A DNA stretch of 64,000 nucleotides, taken from IMG/VR virus record IMGVR_UViG_3300020147_000003; one strand, written 5' to 3'. Shown here piece by piece: positions 9,865 to 19,135 of the stretch; position 1 is the first letter of the stretch, and each line of letters starts with the position of its first letter. Under the pieces are notes generated by a model. It was not told where the DNA came from. It saw nothing but the letters and a program-made list of their open reading frames with translations, and ran no database searches. The position numbers and the translations under genes are program-made. The DNA comes from an uncultured virus (IMG/VR IMGVR_UViG_3300020147_000003) (Duplodnaviria > Heunggongvirae > Uroviricota > Caudoviricetes).

Positions 9865-10539
9865 TTAAAGCCTTTCAAATTCCGCTTTCACGGCATTAAA
9901 TACCGTGTCTGTCAGGTTATCGGTTTCATAGTGTTTCCGCAGTTCAATTTCCATTTGCTTAAAAAGGTCGGCGTTCTCTTTGGTAAGGAAAAGCTGGACT
10001 TGTACGATGTTGGTCAGGTTCAGGTCACCACCTTCATCTCCATCCGGATAGGAATAACCCGCCCCATTCGTTTCGCCCCCGGTCGATTGAAATTCGGGGT
10101 CGTCCTCGTTTCCTTGCGGAAGGGGTATGCCCCATTCTTCCGGGTCGAATCCAAAATCATCTGCCTGTTCCCCCATGGCCTCAAAATCCCAATCCAAGTT
10201 TGCGGCGGCAGTGGCATTGTCGGCGAGGGCCAGTTGCCGAGCTTTGCTGTCTTTATCCAGGTCGAGGTCTTTCCGTTTCACTACGACCAGGATATCCCCC
10301 TCTGTTTCAACAACCAATGCCTTTTTATACCCCGCCTCCAATGCCCGACGTTGGGTTTCGTTTCCGGCAATCAGCTTTCCGTTTTTGTCAACTACAACCG
10401 AGCGCCCCAAGCCTAACTCCCGGATACTTTTTCCTACGAGTTCACCACCTTCTATGGTATGGCGGTTAAGGTTGCGCTCGTCCTGCATTAGTTCCTCGAT
10501 TCCGATCTGCTGCAGGTTGTTTTTTGTCAGTTTGCTCAT
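9865..10539 (-). CDS. ParB/Srx-like N-terminal domain protein
   Basis: N.N.H, SI...G.GRSVVVD...LIAGN, LALADN motifs; acidic linker and C-terminal helical domain. Confidence 0.8.
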   Translation of the reverse strand: MSKLTKNNLQQIGIEELMQDERNLNRHTIEGGELVGKSIRELGLGRSVVVDKNGKLIAGNETQRRALEAGYKKALVVETEGDILVVVKRKDLDLDKDSKARQLALADNATAAANLDWDFEAMGEQADDFGFDPEEWGIPLPQGNEDDPEFQSTGGETNGAGYSYPDGDEGGDLNLTNIVQVQLFLTKENADLFKQMEIELRKHYETDNLTDTVFNAVKAEFERL

Positions 10540-10979
10540 AGCTTAGATTTAAGTAGTATGTTTTTAAGGCCTTATCTAAAATAAAAGTCTTTATTCCCAG
10601 AATTTCACAGAACCAAGGACCATCGACAAAGGCGAGGTGATTTTTTAACTCGACAATTGCCGCCGCTCTTTGCGGGGTCATGGGTTTGTTTGCCTTTACT
10701 AGGCTTTCATAGGTCAACCCATATTTCGCTAAAATGGGTGGCAGGTAATCCGCTTTTACTTTCTCCTTAAAGGTCATCGCACGTTGCTTGGCGGTCTCAC
10801 CTGTTGGCAAAAACAGGACACATTTCCTGTGGTTTTTTCCCCTTTCACCGGTATATTCGACTTCAATTCCTGCTCAAACATTTGCCGGTATTGGTGTTTT
10901 AATTCTTCTGATAAGACATGCCTTTCGAGAATTATTTCAAGAGTTTAACATTTAATCTGGCCGTGTCTCGTAAAGGTTG

Positions 10980-11372
10980 TCATTCCACTTTTCTAAGGCG
11001 GTTAGGATTCCTTTTATCCCGATTGGCGTTCACCCTGGCCCTCCTTTCTTCCAAATCGTTCACAATTAGGCCCGTTTTGCTTTTCGCCGATTTATTTCTT
11101 GCCCCCAATTCCTTCTTTTCTTCCTCTGACAATTCCCTGAAAGCCGCCTTGGTTTGCATACCTAGGATGTTGTAAGGAATACCGGGAACAGCTTGCAGAA
11201 AGACATATACCTTGCCCCCGTTCCGCTGTGCTTCTTCCAGTTCTTCAGGGGACATTTGGTAACAGGCTGTGACCATACCTGTAAAGGGGTCTAAGTGGAT
11301 TGGGATGGGATTGGCCCCTGGTACTCCTTCCCCAAGGATTGTCGTTTGGTCTGGAAATGATACTGCTTGCAT
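10980..11372 (-). CDS. Hypothetical protein
   Basis: M..V.FP.Q...G; ..C...SPEELEE....GKV pattern of a small phage protein family. Confidence 0.65.
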   Translation of the reverse strand: MQAVSFPDQTTILGEGVPGANPIPIHLDPFTGMVTACYQMSPEELEEAQRNGGKVYVFLQAVPGIPYNILGMQTKAAFRELSEEEKKELGARNKSAKSKTGLIVNDLEERRARVNANRDKRNPNRLRKVE

Positions 11373-11542
11373 TAATTCCGATTTACTTTGCCGGGCATCC
11401 GGCAGGCAAAAAGGTCACGGTCTTGTAAAAATGGAAAAATGCGAAAAGCAGGCAGGACGCCAGCTTAAATAGAAACCTTGTTGTTGTACCGTGCCTTTTA
11501 GCAGTTACAAATATAGCTTTTTTCAGGAAATGTACACCAACC

Positions 11543-11794
11543 TTAACCAACTTCAAGTGATAGTACATCGTCTGCCGGAACCTTCCGCATCTTCCTAACG
11601 CCTGTTACATCGCCGTGAATTTCCTGATACTTTTCAATTTTGGTCGCAATAACCTCCAGGGTGTCTTGCGCCAACGTAAAGAACTGAACTAGGTCGTCCA
11701 AGGTGTCCATGTTTTTAAACTCCAGACTGGATTCGCATTTCTTGTTCTTTTCAATTATCATGGTGAATTTGGCCTCAATCGTTCTTATTCTCAT
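11543..11794 (-). CDS. Hypothetical protein
   Basis: ATG ORF just downstream of the integrase. Confidence 0.55.
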   Translation of the reverse strand: MRIRTIEAKFTMIIEKNKKCESSLEFKNMDTLDDLVQFFTLAQDTLEVIATKIEKYQEIHGDVTGVRKMRKVPADDVLSLEVG

Positions 11795-11812
11795 TTCTAG
11801 TTGATATTTTAT

Positions 11813-13225
11813 TCAGTTCACCGATGCCAGCAGGGCTAATTTATCTCCAATTCGGAGGTATTTCTGCAACTGGTTGTCTGTGGTGTGGCCCGAAATGATT
11901 CTTAGGATCCGGTCAGGCACCCCTTTTAAGGCAAGGCGGGTAAGGCCCGATCGCCGCAGGTCGTGAGCGCTCACTTCGTCGCAAAGCCGGACCTGGAAAT
12001 CCTCCTGTATTCCACCCCTTCTGGTTGTCCAGTCGATTAGGCGGGTTACCCCGGCGAGCTCGCACAACTCCCTTAACCTTTCGTTGAACGCATCGTACCC
12101 CATCATGTAGGGGTCAGGCTCGTTCAGCACCCGGTCGAAAAGACTGTCGACGGGAATAGATACCAAAGCCTTCGTTTTTTGGGTTTTTATATTCATAACC
12201 CGGCCCCTGTCTGGGATTACTTCAATTCTTTTTTTGTCTATTTTATGCCAATCCGAAAACCGAAGTCCTGTACAAAAACCCCGCAGGGCAAGGTTGCGGA
12301 CATTGGCAAGGTCGGGCCGATGGGAAAGGTCCAAGCTGTCGATAATTTCAAAATCCGATTCGTATAAAATACAAGCGTTCCCGTCCACAAATGGTACACC
12401 GAAACCACGCTCGGAAACATTTGTATTCGAGGTAAGGCCGGCACGTCTACCGGCGTTGACAAACTGAACCACCTTTGCCATTACCTTCGCTGTGTAGTTC
12501 TGCTCAAAGGGCTTTTTCCGGTATTTTACCAATTTGCCGTCCATCTCGAACTCGCATTGTTCCTCTGTGTAGCAGAACTGCAAAAACCTGTCGCGCCAGT
12601 TCCAATTTATGTCGTCGAAGTCGAATTTACCGTACAGGTGGGCAAAGGCCAGAAGATGTTTCCGGGCTGTCGTTAACCCTTCGGTTTTTTTCTTCTCCAC
12701 GAAATCTTTTATGAATTCAAAGTAGGTGAGAGATAGACCGGACCGCCCGAACGCCAATTGGCGAATATCCGGCGCTTCGGTAAGTTTACGCAGGAAGGAA
12801 AGGAGGCTTTCTTTTTGGCTGGGTCCGATCTCATCGAGGCGTCGCATGGCTCTTTTAGGTTCTTTGCAATAAATCTCCATCCAGGCAGAAAGAGGAAGGC
12901 AAAACTCCTCCGGCTTATCACTAAAAACCGTTTGCCGGAACTGCTCCGGAGCAAGGCCCGGTTTTTCCTTCCATTTTTCGGACAGCTTTCTGTCGAATGC
13001 ATCAAGCCGGTCGTTCACCTGGGCATTTCCGGATTCGGCATCTTTAAGCCTTCCGTTCCCTTTTCCCTTTTTGTTCGGTAACCACTGTTTCGCCTTTACC
13101 TTCTCCCCTGGGAAGATCTTGTATACCATTCCGTTGAACTTGGCAAGGAAGAAAACGGCTGCCTCACCGTGTTTATCTATGGTTTGCAACTTGGCTTTAA
13201 AAAGCGGTCGAACTGTTTTCGGCAT
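11813..13225 (-). CDS. int: Tyrosine recombinase / phage integrase (Bacteroidota type)
   Basis: TGLRFSD (R), TQKT (K), SAHDLRRS (HxxR), SGH, QKYL (Y); N-terminal arm-binding-like region. Confidence 0.93.
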   Translation of the reverse strand: MPKTVRPLFKAKLQTIDKHGEAAVFFLAKFNGMVYKIFPGEKVKAKQWLPNKKGKGNGRLKDAESGNAQVNDRLDAFDRKLSEKWKEKPGLAPEQFRQTVFSDKPEEFCLPLSAWMEIYCKEPKRAMRRLDEIGPSQKESLLSFLRKLTEAPDIRQLAFGRSGLSLTYFEFIKDFVEKKKTEGLTTARKHLLAFAHLYGKFDFDDINWNWRDRFLQFCYTEEQCEFEMDGKLVKYRKKPFEQNYTAKVMAKVVQFVNAGRRAGLTSNTNVSERGFGVPFVDGNACILYESDFEIIDSLDLSHRPDLANVRNLALRGFCTGLRFSDWHKIDKKRIEVIPDRGRVMNIKTQKTKALVSIPVDSLFDRVLNEPDPYMMGYDAFNERLRELCELAGVTRLIDWTTRRGGIQEDFQVRLCDEVSAHDLRRSGLTRLALKGVPDRILRIISGHTTDNQLQKYLRIGDKLALLASVN

Positions 13226-13852
13226 CGTGTGTCATTCCTTATTATGGGTTACTTTGGGGTTATTTTTAATTCCGGGCTGGTATCACAAAACTATCCCAAA
13301 AGTTCCCTTTTTAAAAACTTTTTAAATCTTTTTTTAAACTTAATGTATCTTTTCTGATACTTTAGGGGAAAAGGAAAGAGATGGGAAGTTTTTCGGGGAC
13401 GTATGATTTTTTTATCTCCCTTTGATATTCAGGGCTTTGTAATTTAATGTTTCTTTTAGGTGCCGTTTAGGGTTACTTTTATTAAAGCGACCTGACTGCC
13501 CAATTTGAAGGTAAATAACTTTAAATGCAAAGAAAATGTTTGCTTCGGCAAGCTGGACAAAAACCTTTCCTGAAAAAAAGAGGGAGGCGTATTGGTTTCA
13601 AATTATTACCCAAGCCTTGGCCGCAAAAAGCAGCAGAGCCAGAAGGATAAAAAAAGCGGTTTGTAATTTTTCATTTTGAAACGTTGGGGGGGTGGTGAGA
13701 AAAAAGCCGGGGCCGAAGCCCCGAGCAGAGATTACCCCTAGAACACCATCAAATCATGGTTAAAATGACCATTGTGCATCCAATTAGGCCGACCACAATC
13801 ATTAGCCAGCCGTTCCGGATGAATGTTTTTATTGGCTCTATCATGCGCTCCA

Positions 13853-14401
13853 TCATGCGGCGATTTGGCGTTTGATAGATTTGATTTTCTTTTTTGAGGA
13901 AACGCTGCCGAACAGGTTAGCAGCGTTTTTTCCTTCGAGTAGGTATCCGGTCAGGATTGCATCGGCCACTTCAATAACTTCAAAGCCGGCGTCCCCTTCT
14001 ACAAAATCATACAGGTTATAAATACGGTCTTGGTAAACTTCATCGCCGCAGACTCGCAGATAACTGCCCCCGTCTGCCTTGGCTAGTTCGGAAGAAACGA
14101 TTGCTTGCCGCGCTTCGAACTCGGTAAGCGTGAGGGTGAATAACTTTCCCCGGTCCGTTTCCCCGAAAACCTTTACCGTATCGTTTTCAACGACGTAAAG
14201 AAGTTTGATTTCGCAGTCGTCGCTAAGGCTGTATTCAGCCGCACGACGGCAGCCCGTAACCTTTGCTATCAACCCAATTTTTTCCGTGGGAAAACTGAAT
14301 TTCTGGACAGTGAAGAAAAAGTTGGTAGGATCGGAAGAGTGAAGCCTCTGAAGGGCTTCAATTGCCTTTTTGGAAAGGCGGGTTGTTTTAATCGTTGCCA
14401 T
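13853..14401 (-). CDS. Hypothetical early protein
   Basis: Own promoter-like element and start-associated motif; terminator-like hairpin downstream at about 13700. Confidence 0.75.
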   Translation of the reverse strand: MATIKTTRLSKKAIEALQRLHSSDPTNFFFTVQKFSFPTEKIGLIAKVTGCRRAAEYSLSDDCEIKLLYVVENDTVKVFGETDRGKLFTLTLTEFEARQAIVSSELAKADGGSYLRVCGDEVYQDRIYNLYDFVEGDAGFEVIEVADAILTGYLLEGKNAANLFGSVSSKKKIKSIKRQIAA

Positions 14402-14502
14402 TTGTACCGTGTTTTTAGTTGAAAATTAATGACAACAAATTTCGGCCTTCCAAATGAGAAAAGCAATATTTTTTAAACTTTTTTCAAAATTATTTATACT
14501 TT

Positions 14503-14868
14503 TTAAAATAGCTGCAATTGCCTACTAAGCGCTTCCTGGGCCTCCATTTTTTTTTGACAATTTTTGTCAGGACAAAACTTTCGGTGAACTTCCGGTGGGA
14601 CCTGCCGGCGGTAATGGTGAAGGAGCTCGCAGGTAAATTTCCATTGCTCAGGAGAGAGCGGGCTTTTGGGCCTATACCTTAGCTTTTCACCCATGGCATC
14701 CCGGAATTTTTGAGCCTTGCCTGGGTAAAAAATTACGACCTTGGTTAAAGCCTCGATTGCTTCCTTTTCAATTGCAGTCACGGTTTGCTCTTTTTGTTTG
14801 CGTACCGTGAATTTTAGTATTCCAAATTTAACCAATCGAACAGAAATAAAAAAGCCCCGGTTCAACAC
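14503..14868 (-). CDS. Hypothetical protein (start uncertain)
   Basis: LSPEQW....LLH.YRRQ motif; ends QLQLF. Confidence 0.55.
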   Translation of the reverse strand: MLNRGFFISVRLVKFGILKFTVRKQKEQTVTAIEKEAIEALTKVVIFYPGKAQKFRDAMGEKLRYRPKSPLSPEQWKFTCELLHHYRRQVPPEVHRKFCPDKNCQKKMEAQEALSRQLQLF

Positions 14869-14900
14869 CGAGGCTTTTACAGTTTTATCAGATCGGAAAA

Positions 14901-15626
14901 CTATTTCTTTCTCCAGGCTATTTCCGCCCCTGCAAAAACTTCTGCACCTGTAAGGTTAAATGTGCTGGTATTGGTCCAGGCGCCGCCGCCAAGGAAAAAG
15001 TTTTTTCGCCGATAGTGTAGTCTTGCCCCGGCAAATGTTCCGGCCATGGTCGAAGGGGAAACCCAATCCAGCCTGAGCGCCAGCGCCACACCGATGGCCG
15101 TGTTCTTTGTCGCATTCCGGGTTTGTTGACGGTAAATTTCTGGCAGGGTGAATGTGATAAATGGCGGGGCAAATAGCTCCCCCAAAACCATAATATCCAG
15201 CTTCAGGCCGATACCTTCAGGTGTAAGGGTATCGATTTTGTAAAGGTTGGGTTCTTGGTTTTCTGCAACCGTTTCGCCTACTCCTTCGTCTTCCAGGCCT
15301 GACCCAACCTCGCTTTCCACTGCCTCGAGTTCAGCGATAGCCGCTTCTTTTCCCTGAATTATTCTCTCATAGTAATCCCTTTGGGATTTCAGTTTTTCCA
15401 GCAGGGCTTGCAACTCTTTTTTGTTGGAAACAACATAGGTCTTGGTTTGCGGCAAGCGAACTGGCTTAGGAACCGGGTCGATCGTAAGTGGGCGTTCCTT
15501 CCAAATCGTGTCTTGTTTTACTGTTACAGTTTCCTTGCTCCTAGCCGATGGACCACTACACTTTCCGATAAAGAAAAAAACGGCTGCAACCAGAAGAAAG
15601 GCAACGATTGTCGATATATGTTTCAT
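14901..15626 (-). CDS. Membrane-anchored coiled-coil protein (spanin-like candidate)
   Basis: N-terminal TM helix, DTI..E.P segment, coiled coil, beta-rich C-terminus. Confidence 0.55.
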   Translation of the reverse strand: MKHISTIVAFLLVAAVFFFIGKCSGPSARSKETVTVKQDTIWKERPLTIDPVPKPVRLPQTKTYVVSNKKELQALLEKLKSQRDYYERIIQGKEAAIAELEAVESEVGSGLEDEGVGETVAENQEPNLYKIDTLTPEGIGLKLDIMVLGELFAPPFITFTLPEIYRQQTRNATKNTAIGVALALRLDWVSPSTMAGTFAGARLHYRRKNFFLGGGAWTNTSTFNLTGAEVFAGAEIAWRKK

Positions 15627-15868
15627 GGCTTAATTTTAAAAGTGGAGCTTTCCCTTTAAGAGAAAAAGCCCCCGGACGCGTTATGTACCGTGTTTTAGAG
15701 CCACACATTTAGGGGGGGTGTGGCATTCCCCTGGCTGACGGCTAAAAGCCGCTGTGTTCAATAAGATTGTTCACAATTGTTTGTCCGGTAGTTTCCTCGA
15801 AAAGAGTAGTATGTTGCCTGGCGAGTGCGAAGCAAAATTAATTGAATTTATACTATTTCAAATACTTC

Positions 15869-16114
15869 CTAAACTTTTTCTACAATATTTTGACCTTTTC
15901 GAACGGAAGATCTTTCCCGGAATCTGATAAAGGCTTCGGCGAGGTTGGTAAATTCATGGCCACCCACAAGGGTACTAACGGCCCCTGGGATTCTGAGCTC
16001 GTATACGTCATCTTTGAAATGTAGAATTTCAAGGCGGGTTTCTGATGGATCTCCGTTGGCCGGGTAGGCGACGTTATCCACGAGAGCGGCGGAGGCTAGA
16101 GGTGAGCGATTCAT
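15869..16114 (-). CDS. Small hypothetical protein
   Basis: ATG ORF. Confidence 0.45.
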   Translation of the reverse strand: MNRSPLASAALVDNVAYPANGDPSETRLEILHFKDDVYELRIPGAVSTLVGGHEFTNLAEAFIRFRERSSVRKGQNIVEKV

Positions 16115-16373
16115 GTTGGAGAAAGATTATGTAAAAAGTAATTTGTTCCTGCCTTCTCATGTACGCCGTAGGGTTTGGAAAAATTAAATTGGATAATAAT
16201 TTTAACCCAATAGGCAATTTCACAACTGTGCAAGACGTAAAACCTCGCAGTAGTCACCTCCCGTTCTGTCTGCAAATTGTCAACATATTAAGGTTGGAGC
16301 GAAAAAAAACCGCCCGGCAAGTTAAACCAAGCCAGGCGGAAAATCAAATAATTTGTTTGAAAACTAAAAACAA

Positions 16374-16838
16374 TTACGATACAAAAAGTTGAGTTTGTTC
16401 ATTTGGAAGGGGAATCACAATTCCCAGGTACTCGGCAGCCCATTGACGGACCCGTTCAAGGTATTCTTCAAATTCAACGGTCGTGCATTTGGTCGTTGAG
16501 GAAGGGAGGCGGAACAGGGTGCCGTCCTTTGTAAATACTTCCTCCCCATTTTTTAATAGTTCTTGCTTAAGGAGTTCGTGAGCTGTGTTTTTACTTTCCT
16601 CGCTTCCTTCCTGGAGCCCTTCATTTCCCAAATCAATCAACCCCCTAACGATTTCCGGAATTACAACCCCCCAGTAATACCGGTTCTGCTCAGATGAACG
16701 GCGCTTTCGCTTCCGCCGAAATGTGACCTCGATGTGCTTTCCTTCAAAGGTGCCGACCACCTCCTTTCGCAACCGCTTGGGGAGCGTTATCACGCCGTCT
16801 TTGACGGTTCCCTGATATGTGAGAAGAATGTCGGGCAT
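16374..16838 (-). CDS. NinB-like recombination accessory protein
   Basis: RSSEQNRYYWG, H..LK, STT....EF..Y.E....WA...G..IP.P; start at MPDILL. Confidence 0.7.
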   Translation of the reverse strand: MPDILLTYQGTVKDGVITLPKRLRKEVVGTFEGKHIEVTFRRKRKRRSSEQNRYYWGVVIPEIVRGLIDLGNEGLQEGSEESKNTAHELLKQELLKNGEEVFTKDGTLFRLPSSTTKCTTVEFEEYLERVRQWAAEYLGIVIPLPNEQTQLFVS

Positions 16839-16845
16839 ATCCTGT

Positions 16846-17262
16846 TTAATAGGGTTGATCGTTGTCGTCTGATTCCCCGCCCCACTCATCATCGTCCGGG
16901 TCCCTATCCTCCAATACTTCTTTTGGTTCCACAAGCTGAAGGCGACCTTCCTGAATTTTCTGGTCAACCAGTTTTTGAGCAGCTTCCCGAAGGTCGAAAA
17001 GATTGATTGGTTGGGCTTTAATTCGTTTCGCTTCAGCCCTGGCCGTTTCTTCCGTTGTCCAGTTGAAAGCATAAACAGCGTTGCCGTGGAAGGTTCTGGT
17101 AAACGCCGGGGAGTCGTCCGTTTCCGGAACGTCCACCCGGATAAAGGAGGTTCCGCCGATGGTTTGCTCTGAAACTTGCCCGGCAATTTTTTGATGCCCG
17201 AACAGTTCTACGATTGCCCAGGTCGGTTGAAATGTGTTTTCAGTTGCCATATTGATTATCAT
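16846..17262 (-). CDS. Conserved phage hypothetical protein
   Basis: WAIVELFGH..IAG.VSEQ.IGG..F.RVDVP pattern. Confidence 0.75.
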   Translation of the reverse strand: MIINMATENTFQPTWAIVELFGHQKIAGQVSEQTIGGTSFIRVDVPETDDSPAFTRTFHGNAVYAFNWTTEETARAEAKRIKAQPINLFDLREAAQKLVDQKIQEGRLQLVEPKEVLEDRDPDDDEWGGESDDNDQPY

Positions 17263-17277
17263 TTTTTCGGATTGCTT

Positions 17278-17622
17278 TTACCGGCTTAGCAAGGGGTATA
17301 ACCTTACGGCCCCTTTGAATTTATCCATATCGGCTCCTTTCTTTTTTTTTCCTTTGTCTTTGAACCCGCCAAACTGTAGCCGGGAAAGGTTTGTGTATGG
17401 TTGGTCATATTCTTTCCATTTATACCAATCCAGAATATTCATGGAAACCCTTCCTATCATATACCCCCCGCCATTCTCGGTAATTGGGTTTTTGTCAGTA
17501 TTGGCCTTCAAATAATACAATGGCCGGCTTTGGTGCCATACTTCCAGAATTACCGCTTCCGGTTTGCTTATATTACGTAGGAGGTTATCTACTTTTTCTT
17601 TTTCAATTATTTTGTAAGCCAT
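17278..17622 (-). CDS. Hypothetical protein
   Basis: Probable start MAYKIIEK, overlapping the end of the upstream gene. Confidence 0.5.
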   Translation of the reverse strand: MAYKIIEKEKVDNLLRNISKPEAVILEVWHQSRPLYYLKANTDKNPITENGGGYMIGRVSMNILDWYKWKEYDQPYTNLSRLQFGGFKDKGKKKKGADMDKFKGAVRLYPLLSR

Positions 17623-18271
17623 TTCTTTCGACTTTTTTAAATGTGATGACCCAAACCCAGGGGTTTTGTTCCCAGGAACCGGGGCCGTTGATGGATTCCC
17701 AAAGGCTTTCAAAACTTCTTTTCGAAAAAGGTGCGAATTTTCCAGTATCATACATTTTGTAGTACGTTTCGGCACCACCATCACCAGGGACAGGCCTGAA
17801 CGATTCAATACCTTCAGCTATACAGTCCCTTTCTGAAATATCCTGCAACCGCTCCACCCTTACGGCTGTGACTTCGAGCCAAATCCTGGCAGCGGCTTTG
17901 GGCATGTGGATGGAAGGTTTCCAGCTTGGAAAGCCCTTTGGTACATTTTCCTTTTGGCCAAAGGTTTCAGCATAATAATAGCCGGGGCCATACACATCGT
18001 CGCCGTCCCACCATACCCACGTTTCCCGCACCCAAAGGAGGTCACCGGGTTTTCCGAAGGGACATAGAAAAGGCTTACTTGCTGCACCGCTGCATTTTGG
18101 GAACTTTCCTTTTGCGAACTGATATTTCCAAATCGAAAGAATACTGTCTACAATACAAAAGGAAGGTTCAAAATCAGGTTGAATTTTCATTACTCGCCTC
18201 GTCTGCGTTTTCCGGCCTTCGAGGATGGCCTTCACCATTTCGGTGGAGAAGAGGATGGGTATTTCTTTCAT
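17603..18271 (-). CDS. ASCH/PUA-like conserved phage protein
   Basis: PILF..EMV.AIL.GRKTQTRR, GD.LWVRETW, W.PSIHMP, VERLQDISE, W..NPWVWV. Confidence 0.85.
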   Translation of the reverse strand: MKEIPILFSTEMVKAILEGRKTQTRRVMKIQPDFEPSFCIVDSILSIWKYQFAKGKFPKCSGAASKPFLCPFGKPGDLLWVRETWVWWDGDDVYGPGYYYAETFGQKENVPKGFPSWKPSIHMPKAAARIWLEVTAVRVERLQDISERDCIAEGIESFRPVPGDGGAETYYKMYDTGKFAPFSKRSFESLWESINGPGSWEQNPWVWVITFKKVERNGLQNN

Positions 18272-18347
18272 GGGGATTTATTTACCCCTGCCCGGCAGGA
18301 CGGCACGCCGTCCATACCGTTGCAAGGGAACCAACCAGGTTATTAAA

Positions 18348-18767
18348 TCAAATCAAATCAAATAGCAATTGCTTTACTCGCTGGACCGGCTCCTGTGGCA
18401 TCCCGCTAAATAGCCAAATCACAAACAGGACAGCCACAAACCAAAGCAGATATTCCAGCAGAAAAACCGTGAACATGATGAACGCCGCCACCGGCGCAAC
18501 CGGAAAAAGAAACCATTCCCGACTTCCTCCGAACCGCACATTTGCGAAACCGAAAAGCCGGTGCATTGACTGTTCCAAAGCGAAGGCAAACGGTATGTAA
18601 ACGGCAAAGACCGGAATAGCCCAACCGAATACTTTTTCCGACACTTCCCTTGCCCGTCGGTTCTTGTTGCCGCTGATGCCGATTTTGCACAGGAAAAATA
18701 GCGGTACGTTAACCATTATGTAAAGCCACTGCCTATTATTGGTGCCGTTCCCGGTTCTCCGTTTCAT
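18348..18767 (-). CDS. T5orf172/GIY-YIG-like domain with C-terminal membrane segment
   Basis: LYIM...KIGIS...RR, EQ.MH..F, EWF, then about 35 hydrophobic residues. Confidence 0.6.
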   Translation of the reverse strand: MKRRTGNGTNNRQWLYIMVNVPLFFLCKIGISGNKNRRAREVSEKVFGWAIPVFAVYIPFAFALEQSMHRLFGFANVRFGGSREWFLFPVAPVAAFIMFTVFLLEYLLWFVAVLFVIWLFSGMPQEPVQRVKQLLFDLI

Positions 18768-19135
18768 GGTTTTTCGTTATACCTGCGAAGTATTAATTTC
18801 ATTTTATGAACTAATACCCGGTCATGGAGTTTTCGAGAACCTTCCGCTGACCGCAGCATTCGATTTGCTCTTTCTAATTGGTCAGTATTCAGATTGTCAT
18901 ACTTCTTGGTGAAGTAAAAAATAAAGTAAAATCGCAAAGGAACGTACCTATTGAAAGCAGTCCACGTTATATCCGACAGGCGGATAACCGTGTACAAAAC
19001 AAAAATAATCGAACCAAAAAGCAGGAAAGCAATTGAATACAAAATACGTTTCAGCATCGGGTCGCCTTCGACTTCCCTGAAAGCATATCCTGCAAAAAAG
19101 AAATGGGCAAGGGATATTAACAGCAGTATTTTCAT
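18764..19135 (-). CDS. Membrane hypothetical protein
   Basis: Two hydrophobic helices; coupled overlaps. Confidence 0.6.
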   Translation of the reverse strand: MKILLLISLAHFFFAGYAFREVEGDPMLKRILYSIAFLLFGSIIFVLYTVIRLSDITWTAFNRYVPLRFYFIFYFTKKYDNLNTDQLERANRMLRSAEGSRKLHDRVLVHKMKLILRRYNEKP

